Below are positions 21,479-30,104 of a stretch of DNA of 64,000 bases, piece by piece (positions within the stretch are counted from its first letter, which is position 1; each line of letters begins with the position of its first letter). The stretch is from Promethearchaeota archaeon (GTDB taxonomy: Archaea; Asgardarchaeota; Lokiarchaeia; Sigyniarchaeales; SOKP01). The notes under the pieces were generated by a model, which was given only the letters and a program-made list of their open reading frames with translations, made no database searches and had not been told where the DNA came from. The DNA lies in assembly GCA_048938005.1 (NCBI GenBank), contig JBHLMQ010000010.1, positions 32,001-96,000 on the forward strand, read 5' to 3'. The position numbers were made by a program, and so were the translations under genes.

Positions 21479-23647
21479 TTAAAGCGCTAATTGGGCATCA
21501 GATGGACTGTATTTTCCTGTACCCTTTATTTCATATGTAATTTCTAATTTATCCCCAATTTCTAGAACATCTACATCCCATTTTAGTGTGTCTTGACCTA
21601 CTTCATCGGTTATTTCTGGAGTCATAGAATAATCACCATATTCGAATTTATCAGGTACCTTATCGAGAAGAACTAAATTGTGTAATTTAGATTCGCCAAT
21701 GTTTTCAAGCGTTAATATAATTCTGTAATTTCCGAGATCTCCAATAGGTACAACTTCCTTTCCAATTCTGAATTTTCTTCTGATATGCATTGCCTCAATT
21801 ACGGGAACTTCTGGTTTGAACTCTAACTCTTGACTTACGGGATATGTGTTTGCGAGATAGATAATTTCAGATTCGAAGGTGGATTCACGTGCTGGATTTG
21901 TACAATGAATAGGATATTCAAACTCTAAAGTTGAATCTGGTTTAAACATACCAGTACTACTGTCTTTTAAATCTGTAAGATCGATTTTAAATGCATTTTC
22001 CTTGAAACTTACAGCAGCAGCTGATACTTCAACTTCTTCTCCATCCCACACTAGTTTTATTTCCTCTGCCTTTGGGGGTTGATATTCATCCGAGAAGTAT
22101 TGTTGTACAACAGTCACCTCATTAAGTGGTGCTGAACCATTATTAACCATTTTAAGTGAAGCAATAACATCTTTAGTTCGATAAGTTGGAACTTCTGTTA
22201 AGTTATATGACATTACTCCAGTAATACTACCAATCTCTAATATGACGTCTGAAAGAGAAGCTGACCCTTTTACGATTGTTTGAAAATCAGGCATCACTCT
22301 AAATTCTAATTTCTTCCTAAAAGTAGGATATTCTTCGCTTTCATACTCCCATTTCGTCGAGTGCCATTGAGCACCACTTGGTAATAATGGTACATCATTT
22401 GGATCAATATCTACAAATTTTTTTGATTTATCTTCTGGAGAATAAACATCTGCATTGAAAAGTTGAATGATAAACTCTGAAGAATTATCAAATACTAATT
22501 TACAATCAAAGATCCCAGGTTCTTCATCCCGTTCAACAGTATCAACATAGAACTTATTTCTTGTATAAGCATCAAATTTGTCTATATCTAAACCTTCGGC
22601 AAATGAAGATGCTCCTTGATATGTGACTTCTACAGTCCCTGTTCTTCTTTTAGTAATATCTGTGACCATAATATTACATGTAAATTTCATCATAACTGTA
22701 TATTCAGGGGCCAATTTATCAATTGTCCAAATGATTTGGTTTCCTGAAATCTCAGCTCTTCCTTCGGTTGTGTCTCGGATTACAGGATTAGTAAAATCAT
22801 CAGGGATATTTTTTACAACTTTTATATTAGAAACTGGTTTATCAAACATGCTTCTAAGAGCTATTGCGAAATAAACAACGTTGTCCCTATCAATTGAGAT
22901 TCCAAACGATTCTAAGCCGGTTTCAACAAGATCTCCACCATCTCCCCAAGTTTCTCCTTCGTCTTCTTCTTCCTCTTCTTCTTCCTCCTCTTCCTCCTCT
23001 TCTACTTCTGGTTCTTTTGGAGGGGCTTTTGGTTTGGCAGAGACCTCACTTTTTGTATCCTTTAATTTTAATAACTCTTTTTCAATATCATTTATATTTA
23101 AAACATCATCAGCATTTGGTAGAGTGCAAATGAATTCTTTCACAAGTAATAAATTTTTTATATCTTTCGTTATTTTAAAGTCTCTTGAGTCAACGTTATC
23201 AGGTTCTTCAGTCCCTAATTCTTGTATCGAAATATCTTTTGATTTTAAATTTGTACTTCCTATGTTTTTAAGTGAAACATCAATATCCCATAATCTATCA
23301 ACGGAACTTGGATTTTCAATATTTAATTTTCCAGTATGAGTAAATGAATCAACAACAGCATCATGATCTTGTACTACATCCACTTCTTCAATTATTTTTA
23401 CTAAAGCTAGTAATCCCTCTCTATTCCTATCTTTCAGAACGATGCTACCCTCTAGTTTTCCCGTATCCTCATCATAAGTCTCAATAACCGGTGTTGCGGT
23501 ATCTCTATCGAGCAATTCAACTCTCCCTGTATCCATATCCTTTCTTTTTAATGCATCAGCTATAATTTCTTCTTCAGCTTCTGCTTTATCCCAGCCCATT
23601 CGCGCTGTTGGTCTTGTTTCTCTCTTTTTCTTATCTTTTCGAGCCAT
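21479..23647 (-). CDS. Cytoplasmic beta-sandwich repeat protein (mu-homology/DUF11-like) with poly-Glu tract
   Basis: No signal peptide or TM; repeated N.g...l.n..v...P and i.W.i..L..g Ig-like motifs; Glu run at ~aa 217-230. Confidence 0.6.
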   Translation of the reverse strand: MARKDKKKRETRPTARMGWDKAEAEEEIIADALKRKDMDTGRVELLDRDTATPVIETYDEDTGKLEGSIVLKDRNREGLLALVKIIEEVDVVQDHDAVVDSFTHTGKLNIENPSSVDRLWDIDVSLKNIGSTNLKSKDISIQELGTEEPDNVDSRDFKITKDIKNLLLVKEFICTLPNADDVLNINDIEKELLKLKDTKSEVSAKPKAPPKEPEVEEEEEEEEEEEEEDEGETWGDGGDLVETGLESFGISIDRDNVVYFAIALRSMFDKPVSNIKVVKNIPDDFTNPVIRDTTEGRAEISGNQIIWTIDKLAPEYTVMMKFTCNIMVTDITKRRTGTVEVTYQGASSFAEGLDIDKFDAYTRNKFYVDTVERDEEPGIFDCKLVFDNSSEFIIQLFNADVYSPEDKSKKFVDIDPNDVPLLPSGAQWHSTKWEYESEEYPTFRKKLEFRVMPDFQTIVKGSASLSDVILEIGSITGVMSYNLTEVPTYRTKDVIASLKMVNNGSAPLNEVTVVQQYFSDEYQPPKAEEIKLVWDGEEVEVSAAAVSFKENAFKIDLTDLKDSSTGMFKPDSTLEFEYPIHCTNPARESTFESEIIYLANTYPVSQELEFKPEVPVIEAMHIRRKFRIGKEVVPIGDLGNYRIILTLENIGESKLHNLVLLDKVPDKFEYGDYSMTPEITDEVGQDTLKWDVDVLEIGDKLEITYEIKGTGKYSPSDAQLAL

Positions 23648-23802
23648 TATTTTTTACCAAGAATATATTTTTTATTAAATTGAAAATTATTTACCAATTA
23701 ATAAAAATTAATCGATAATCTAAATTCATCGACAAACTTTAAAAAATTTATCAATATAAAGTAAGAGAGTTGTGTGTAAAGGAAATAAAGTTGTATTCAA
23801 TT

Positions 23803-23964
23803 TTATAAGCATTTATTATCAAACTCTCTTGGAATAAAGGAAAAAAATTTAGGATCCTTAAATTCATGACCACACATTGGACAAACTATCTTAGCTTTTT
23901 CTGGTTTAATGTCAGAATATCTGAAACTAAAACCGCAAGCAGGACAAATTATTATTTCACTCAT
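23803..23964 (-). CDS. Small zinc-ribbon protein (53 aa, not in ORF track)
   Basis: MSEIIICPACGFSFRYSDIKPEKAKIVCPMCGHEFKDP...; two CxxCG knuckles. Confidence 0.75.
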   Translation of the reverse strand: MSEIIICPACGFSFRYSDIKPEKAKIVCPMCGHEFKDPKFFSFIPREFDNKCL

Positions 23965-24000
23965 CTTCTATATTTCTATTTTAAAGTTTATTAATTTAAA

Positions 24001-25422
24001 TTAACTTGAAACCAGAATCAAGATTAAATCATTAACATTGCATCCTGTAGGACCAGTAATAATCTCGGTTCTAATTTTTCTAAAAAAACTATTAGAGTCA
24101 TTGTTATCCAAAAATCGTTTAATATCAATATCTTCTTCCTTAATATTGTCTACGACTGCATTATCAACTAGAGCTCCACATGCTGTGCTATTCCCCTCAA
24201 TTCCATCTAAGTTCGCTCCAATTATTAAAAAATTATATTCAAATTCTTTATCCTTTATAAAATCTAAAAAGCTTAACAACATCTCTTGGTTCCTTCCTCC
24301 TATACCATCACCTCTAATTGTTACAGTTAATTCACCAGTTCCAATTAAAGCTATTTTTTCACCGTTATTTTGACTTCGACTATCTTCTACTTGTTGTGAA
24401 ATTGTTCTAAAGAGTGATTTTCCAAACTCCTTAGCTTCACCAATTACGTTATTAGAAAAATATTTAACTTTAAATCCTTTATTCTTTAAGAAAGATTTAA
24501 TTTCATGGACAGCAGAAGTCACACTTCCAATTAGATAATTATAAACATTAGTAAAACACGGATCATTGGATTTTGGGTTTTCTAATTTTTGATTTGAGGA
24601 TCCTTTTTCTAGGTGATCTTTTACGGAGCTAGGAATAATGTCTAAAAGATGATATTTCTTTACAATTTCAAGAGCATCCTTAAATGTAGTTTTATCAGGA
24701 ACAGTTGGTCCAGAAGCGATTGAATCTAAATTATCTCCAACAACATCTGAAATAATTAAAGAAATTAATGTGGCACCGCTCTTATTGTATAATTTCTTTG
24801 CTAGATTACCTCCTTTAAATTCTGATAAATGTTTACGAATAGTATTAATTTCATGAATTGATGCCCCGGATGATAAAAGTAAGGAGTTGACACTCTTTAA
24901 ATCTTGAAGGGTTATACCCTGTTTTGGGAATGGAAGTAAAGAGGAACCTCCTCCAGAAATCAAACAGAGAAATAGATCATTTTTATTTGATTTTTCGATG
25001 ATTCTCATCATGGATTTAGTTCCTTTAAGGCCATCTTCATTAGGAATGGGATGAGAAGCAAAATTGATAGAAATTTTACTTTTTTCAAAGAACTTCTGGG
25101 TTTTTTCATCTTTTGGTATGTTAATATTCCCTTCGTATTCAATATCTTTCAATTCTATTAAAAATCTTTCAAGCGAGAATGCCATTTCAGCAGTTGCCTT
25201 ACCACCACCAATTATATAAATCTTTTTGAACTTATTCAAATCATACTCATCGTTTTCAATAAATAATTTCTTTTTATGGATTTTTACTGCTTTTTCCATT
25301 AAATTTTCAGGTTTTACAGCAGATATTGAAATTTCAAGAGCATTTATTCCAATTTCTCTTAAAACGAGTTGATTGTTATCTAAGTCTTTCAAGAGTAATT
25401 GTGAAGTATTTTTAATGTACAA
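24001..25422 (-). CDS. Glycerate 2-kinase (MOFRL family)
   Basis: GGGKAT, ASHPIP, LISGGGSSL, SDVVGD..IASGPT, GGRNQE, TGPTGCNVND; likely TTG start at 25422 after GAAGGGG. Confidence 0.92.
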   Translation of the reverse strand: MYIKNTSQLLLKDLDNNQLVLREIGINALEISISAVKPENLMEKAVKIHKKKLFIENDEYDLNKFKKIYIIGGGKATAEMAFSLERFLIELKDIEYEGNINIPKDEKTQKFFEKSKISINFASHPIPNEDGLKGTKSMMRIIEKSNKNDLFLCLISGGGSSLLPFPKQGITLQDLKSVNSLLLSSGASIHEINTIRKHLSEFKGGNLAKKLYNKSGATLISLIISDVVGDNLDSIASGPTVPDKTTFKDALEIVKKYHLLDIIPSSVKDHLEKGSSNQKLENPKSNDPCFTNVYNYLIGSVTSAVHEIKSFLKNKGFKVKYFSNNVIGEAKEFGKSLFRTISQQVEDSRSQNNGEKIALIGTGELTVTIRGDGIGGRNQEMLLSFLDFIKDKEFEYNFLIIGANLDGIEGNSTACGALVDNAVVDNIKEEDIDIKRFLDNNDSNSFFRKIRTEIITGPTGCNVNDLILILVSS

Positions 25423-25587
25423 ATATACCCCTTCAATAAGAAAATAATTATAAGTGTTAAATTTCTGATATATAATCCTTTTCAATTTAATAAATTATTT
25501 GTATAAAATTTATTACTTATTGATCTATTAACAATTTTAACACCAAATTATATTTAAATTCAATAAAATCACTTTTTTGAAGTTCTT

Positions 25588-27069
25588 ATGTCAGATATTC
25601 TTTATGATATTGCAATTATAGGTGCTGGACCTGGGGGATACCATGCTGCAATAAGAGCGGCTCAATATGGCGCCAAAATCGCATTGATTGAGAAAAATAA
25701 ATTAGGAGGGACTTGCTTAAATCTTGGATGCATACCTACTAAAGCTTTATACGCTTCAGCGCAATTAATTGAAAAAATCCAGAATTTTGATGAATTTGGA
25801 TTAGAGATTAAAGATTATAAACTTAATTTTAAAAAAGCAGTAGAACGGAAAAACAGAGTTGTTCAAGCGTTGGTTGAAGGAATTGGTGCGTTAGAGAAGG
25901 CTTGGAAAAATGATTTATTTTATGGACATGGAAAAATTTTGGGAGGTAATATTTCTTCTGGGTTTGAAATCTCGATAGAAGGCGAAGATGATAAAATAAT
26001 TAAAGCAAAAAGAGTAATAATAGCTACAGGATCTTCACCTGCTTTAATTCCTGCGTTTAATATTGACCATGAAAAAATATTGACGAGTGATGATATTCTT
26101 GATCCTAAATTTACAACTGTTCCAAAGAGATTACTAATAATTGGCGCGGGTATAGTCGGATGTGAGTTTGCAAATATATTTGCAGCTTTTGGAAGCAAAG
26201 TAACAATGCTAGAGTACCTATCTTCGCCTATAGCGACAGAAGAACCTATGATTGTAAAAGAGCTATTAAAAAAATTTGAAAACTTAGGAATTGAAGTAAA
26301 AACGTCCCAGAACGTATTGTCTGTTGAAAATATAGGAACTGGTGTGAAAGTTATGACTTGTTCTGCCTCTATTCCAAGAGATCAAATTGAGGCTACTGAA
26401 AAATTTATATTTGAAGCCGATTTATGTTTAGTCTCAATTGGTAGAGTAAAAGAATCACAAAATTTAGGATTAGAGGATTTAGATATTAAAACTCATAGGG
26501 GCACAATTAAGTGTGACACTGAAACTTTAGAAACGTCTGTTAAAGGGATTTATGCAATTGGAGATGTTACTGGAGGATTGATGTTAGCTCATGTTGCATA
26601 TTATGAAGCAGATGTAGCTGTAGCGAATGCTTTAGCTAGTATAGGAGGCTTCCCAGTCAATAAAATGAAAACAGATTATAAGGTTGTTCCTGCAACAATA
26701 TTTACAACTCCTAATATTAGTTCTGTAGGATTTAGAAGAAAAGCAGCTAAAGATCGTGGAATTAATGTTATTATGGGTCAATTTCCATATCAATCGCTTG
26801 GAAAAGCAAAATGTATGGGAGAAGAGAAGGGTTTTATTATGACATTAGCTGATAAAGAAGATCTACGAATAATAGGGGCTTCATGTATCGGCATCGAGTC
26901 TTCTGAACTTATCGCAGAACTTGCTTTAGCAATAAAACATAACCTTAAAGTGCGTGATATCGCAGAAACTATTCATTGCCATCCTACAATATCTGAAATG
27001 GTACTTGAAGGAACCGAAGCTATTATTGGAAAGGCAATACATAAAAAAGGACGACCTTTATACCAATAG
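25588..27069 (+). CDS. lpdA: Dihydrolipoamide dehydrogenase (E3)
   Basis: GAGPGG, GGTCLNLGCIPTK, GAGIVGCE, MLAHVA, HCHPTISE. Confidence 0.92.
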   Translation: MSDILYDIAIIGAGPGGYHAAIRAAQYGAKIALIEKNKLGGTCLNLGCIPTKALYASAQLIEKIQNFDEFGLEIKDYKLNFKKAVERKNRVVQALVEGIGALEKAWKNDLFYGHGKILGGNISSGFEISIEGEDDKIIKAKRVIIATGSSPALIPAFNIDHEKILTSDDILDPKFTTVPKRLLIIGAGIVGCEFANIFAAFGSKVTMLEYLSSPIATEEPMIVKELLKKFENLGIEVKTSQNVLSVENIGTGVKVMTCSASIPRDQIEATEKFIFEADLCLVSIGRVKESQNLGLEDLDIKTHRGTIKCDTETLETSVKGIYAIGDVTGGLMLAHVAYYEADVAVANALASIGGFPVNKMKTDYKVVPATIFTTPNISSVGFRRKAAKDRGINVIMGQFPYQSLGKAKCMGEEKGFIMTLADKEDLRIIGASCIGIESSELIAELALAIKHNLKVRDIAETIHCHPTISEMVLEGTEAIIGKAIHKKGRPLYQ

Positions 27070-27079
27070 ATAAATTTAT

Positions 27080-29131
27080 TTATCTATTAATATCCTTAAT
27101 CTTAAAAGAAATTAACTTTCCATCTTTAATGATTATTTCTCTATATGATCCAGCAGTTTTAGGGTTCTTATAGCTACCTAATCCTAGAGCCGGAGTTTGA
27201 ACGACAAAAGGTCCATTATCTCGTATTACTTTTGCATTAGTATATATCTCAGAATAATTATCATAAAATATTGCTGCTGGATTTTCAATTTTTTTCAATC
27301 TGAATGGAGGGGCATCATAAACACTTGATTTTTTCTCAGTATCTTCCAATCTAAATTCTTGATTACTATGTGTGTGACCACATAAAGTGAGTTTTGCATA
27401 ATTTTTGCAAAATTCAATAAGTCTTTCCCAATTTGATGATATACATCCGAATTTTACGTTAAATACACCATCAATACGTGCTGAAGATATAGGTTTTCCT
27501 AATTTTTTGATAAATGATTCTTTGAACTCACTTATCTTCTTTCTAATAATACGATGCCCTTTTTTTTCAAATATATTAATAGTTAACTTTTTTGATTCTG
27601 AGTTTAATGGAGGTCCATGCAAAAAAAGAAATGTATTTGTACTTTTATTTATTTGACTATTGATTAGATTTTCTAAATATTGTATTTGTTTATGTGAAAT
27701 TCCTGTAACAGATGGATGTCCGGTAATTAAATCTCTGATATTTCTATATGAGTCTGACCCAGTGTTCAAAATAATAAATAGATTATTCCCAAGTATTAAA
27801 GAAAAATCAATTGATGAGCTTATTTCTGATAAATACCCTTTTAAAGCTAACGAGGTCTTAGTTAAAGCTGTTATAGGTGAAGCGGAAAACATTTCATTCA
27901 ATGCAATTGCTTCAGAAGCATTTAGTCCAATTTTTTTATACATCTCTGCCCATGTTAAATCATAATGGAAAGGGCGATAATCATGATTCCCTATAGTGGT
28001 GAATATTGGACAATTTAATTCTTCACCCCTTATTACTCCTTTATGTTTTTCTTTTAGTGGAAGATTCAGGATTATATTTTTAAAAATCTGCCAATTGCTA
28101 TCTTTATACTTAAACTCATTTAATTTACGCAATTTTTTTGAAAATCTACTCAAAATTGTATAATCAACAAGATCTCCTGTCAATACAATGAAGTCAAGCT
28201 CATTTCTTAATACTTTCTTATTCATCAATTTTATAAATTTCCTAAATTGATTATTTGGATTAATCAAACGCTTCCTCAATGGGATTTTAATGTCAGATAA
28301 TAATCGTTCTGATGTCTTTTTCTTCTTTTTGATTTTCAATTTTTTTTTTACTGTCCTAAAAAAATCTTCAACACTCTCTCTGATGGAAGATTCAGTCCAT
28401 TTTTTTATGATTTCATACAACCTATCGTTACGTTCTGCTAAGTGCAAATCCGTTGCATGAACAAATGTGAAATCTTTCCATTTCTGTTTGGAAACTACAA
28501 GTGAATGATAATTTATACGGCTATTTGGGGAATGGATATCGAACATAACAAAATTTCGTTCCTTCAAAAATTTAAGGACTTCCTTACTTAAAGTAAATTC
28601 AACATATACTTTATAAAATCTATTTAATTCACCAAACACTTTATTCTTTATTAATAATTCTTGAGGACTAAAATCTTTTATATAAGAGATATCATGAATA
28701 GGTGTTATAGAAGAATTTTCAACATTTATTACTTTAGTAAAAATAGGTTCCCCTCTATGGAGTCGAGATTTTAATTTTTTTAGCTGTTCTAAATTTAGAT
28801 CTGTTTCTGATATAATTTTTGCTTTGTCTTTTATTAATTTCTTTTTTTTTTTTTTAGCTCTTCTCTCTCTCCATTTTGAAAACAAACCTTTAGGTTTTTT
28901 AGTAAAAATTAATTTATATGACAATTTATAATCGAATAAAGGAATTAAAGATATTTCTTTTTGAAGAGATCTACTAAAACTCTCTACATCTGAATCATTA
29001 CTAATAAAAAATAAATGAGTTCGAAAATTTTTATTTTTCAATTTACGATCTATTTTTAAAATTAACGGACGCCCCAAATTTGGACTAACAAGGACTGATT
29101 TTTCTGTTTTTCCTATTTCTGTCATATTCAA
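27080..29131 (-). CDS. Large calcineurin-like metallophosphoesterase
   Basis: TDLH, TGDLVD, GNHD, FLHGP, CGHTH motifs; Lys-rich insertions. Confidence 0.85.
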   Translation of the reverse strand: MNMTEIGKTEKSVLVSPNLGRPLILKIDRKLKNKNFRTHLFFISNDSDVESFSRSLQKEISLIPLFDYKLSYKLIFTKKPKGLFSKWRERRAKKKKKKLIKDKAKIISETDLNLEQLKKLKSRLHRGEPIFTKVINVENSSITPIHDISYIKDFSPQELLIKNKVFGELNRFYKVYVEFTLSKEVLKFLKERNFVMFDIHSPNSRINYHSLVVSKQKWKDFTFVHATDLHLAERNDRLYEIIKKWTESSIRESVEDFFRTVKKKLKIKKKKKTSERLLSDIKIPLRKRLINPNNQFRKFIKLMNKKVLRNELDFIVLTGDLVDYTILSRFSKKLRKLNEFKYKDSNWQIFKNIILNLPLKEKHKGVIRGEELNCPIFTTIGNHDYRPFHYDLTWAEMYKKIGLNASEAIALNEMFSASPITALTKTSLALKGYLSEISSSIDFSLILGNNLFIILNTGSDSYRNIRDLITGHPSVTGISHKQIQYLENLINSQINKSTNTFLFLHGPPLNSESKKLTINIFEKKGHRIIRKKISEFKESFIKKLGKPISSARIDGVFNVKFGCISSNWERLIEFCKNYAKLTLCGHTHSNQEFRLEDTEKKSSVYDAPPFRLKKIENPAAIFYDNYSEIYTNAKVIRDNGPFVVQTPALGLGSYKNPKTAGSYREIIIKDGKLISFKIKDINR

Positions 29132-29304
29132 TTATTAAGGGGGTATTCTATTAATGAAGCTAATTATTAGATATATTTCAAAATTTTATACTTTTTCTTA
29201 TAAAATAATTGCGATTTAAAAATATAATTAAGTCTCTATTTTATAACTTCAATTATAAGCATATTATTTTAACTAAATATCGTAAAATATACTTATATTC
29301 TACT

Positions 29305-29586
29305 TTAAACACCTTCTAAATGAGCTAAATTGACAAATATTACGTTATCACCACGAACAACAATAGAACCTAAATTCTCATGCTCCTCCCGAATATTACC
29401 CTCATCATCTTGGTATTCAAAAATCTGACTGGTCTCTTCAAGATATAAATTTAAATGCTCATCAAATCCACCAAGTCGCCCTCTAAACAAACGATTGCGT
29501 TTAACTTTAATAAGGATTATTTTATTAACAGATGATTTTAAATAATCTATAGGGCGATTTGACCTCGTATAACTTTCACGTGACAT
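29305..29586 (-). CDS. Sm/Lsm RNA-binding protein (SmAP)
   Basis: Sm1 FRGRLGGFDEHLNLYL, Sm2 LGSIVVRGDNVIFV. Confidence 0.95.
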   Translation of the reverse strand: MSRESYTRSNRPIDYLKSSVNKIILIKVKRNRLFRGRLGGFDEHLNLYLEETSQIFEYQDDEGNIREEHENLGSIVVRGDNVIFVNLAHLEGV

Positions 29587-29713
29587 TATTAATAAGACTC
29601 AAAAAAAACAATTATTCATAAAAAAATATTTATAATTACAATTAAATACACTATAAATTAAAACCTTTTGATTATTTTTATAGTTAAATACATAAAAACT
29701 CACATAAAAATCA

Positions 29714-29878
29714 ATGATAAAATTGTCTAAAGAAGAACAAGAGGATAAACGAACAGTAACATGTTGCGTTATGAATTGTCAGATAGAAGTGCCTATTGAT
29801 AAGGCAATAGTTATCGAGGGTAAATACTTTTGTCCTATTTGTGGTGTGGCTTATTATCGAAGTTTTCTCAATTTATAA
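29714..29878 (+). CDS. Small Cys4 zinc-binding protein (54 aa, not in ORF track)
   Basis: MIKLSKEEQEDKRTVTCCVMNCQIEVPIDKAIVIEGKYFCPICGVAYYRSFLNL; LIM/TRASH-like spacing. Confidence 0.7.
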   Translation: MIKLSKEEQEDKRTVTCCVMNCQIEVPIDKAIVIEGKYFCPICGVAYYRSFLNL

Positions 29879-29960
29879 TTTAATAATATGTTTGGTTATA
29901 ATCGTTTAAATTTTTATTATAAAATGTTTTTATATGATTATAAAAGAGCTGATTAATATT

Positions 29961-30053
29961 AGGCCCGTGGCGAAGCATGGATATCGCGGCAGCCTCCTAA
30001 CTTAAAGGAAAGGAGTAAGCTGACGATCGGGGGTTCAAATCCCCCCGGGCCTG
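29961..30053 (+). tRNA. tRNA-Arg(CCT) with ~18-nt intron at 37/38 (about 30000-30017)
   Basis: Acceptor stem AGGCCCG/CGGGCCT, D stem GCGA/TCGC, anticodon loop CT-CCT-A, T arm GGGGG-TTCAAAT-CCCCC; intron AGGAG pairs with CTCCT (BHB). Confidence 0.93.
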
Positions 30054-30104
30054 CTATTTTTCATCTTTGAAACTTTTTATATTATAGTTTTTTTTTCAAG
30101 TATA

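Noticed and set aside
23763-23830. Inverted repeat AAGAGAGTT...AACTCTCTT
   Set aside because: Only 9 bp, with a long loop and one arm inside the zinc-ribbon ORF; plausible by chance in AT-rich DNA
25588-27069. Stand-alone E3 without E1/E2 or glycine-cleavage genes
   Set aside because: Dispersed lpdA genes are common, and partners may lie elsewhere
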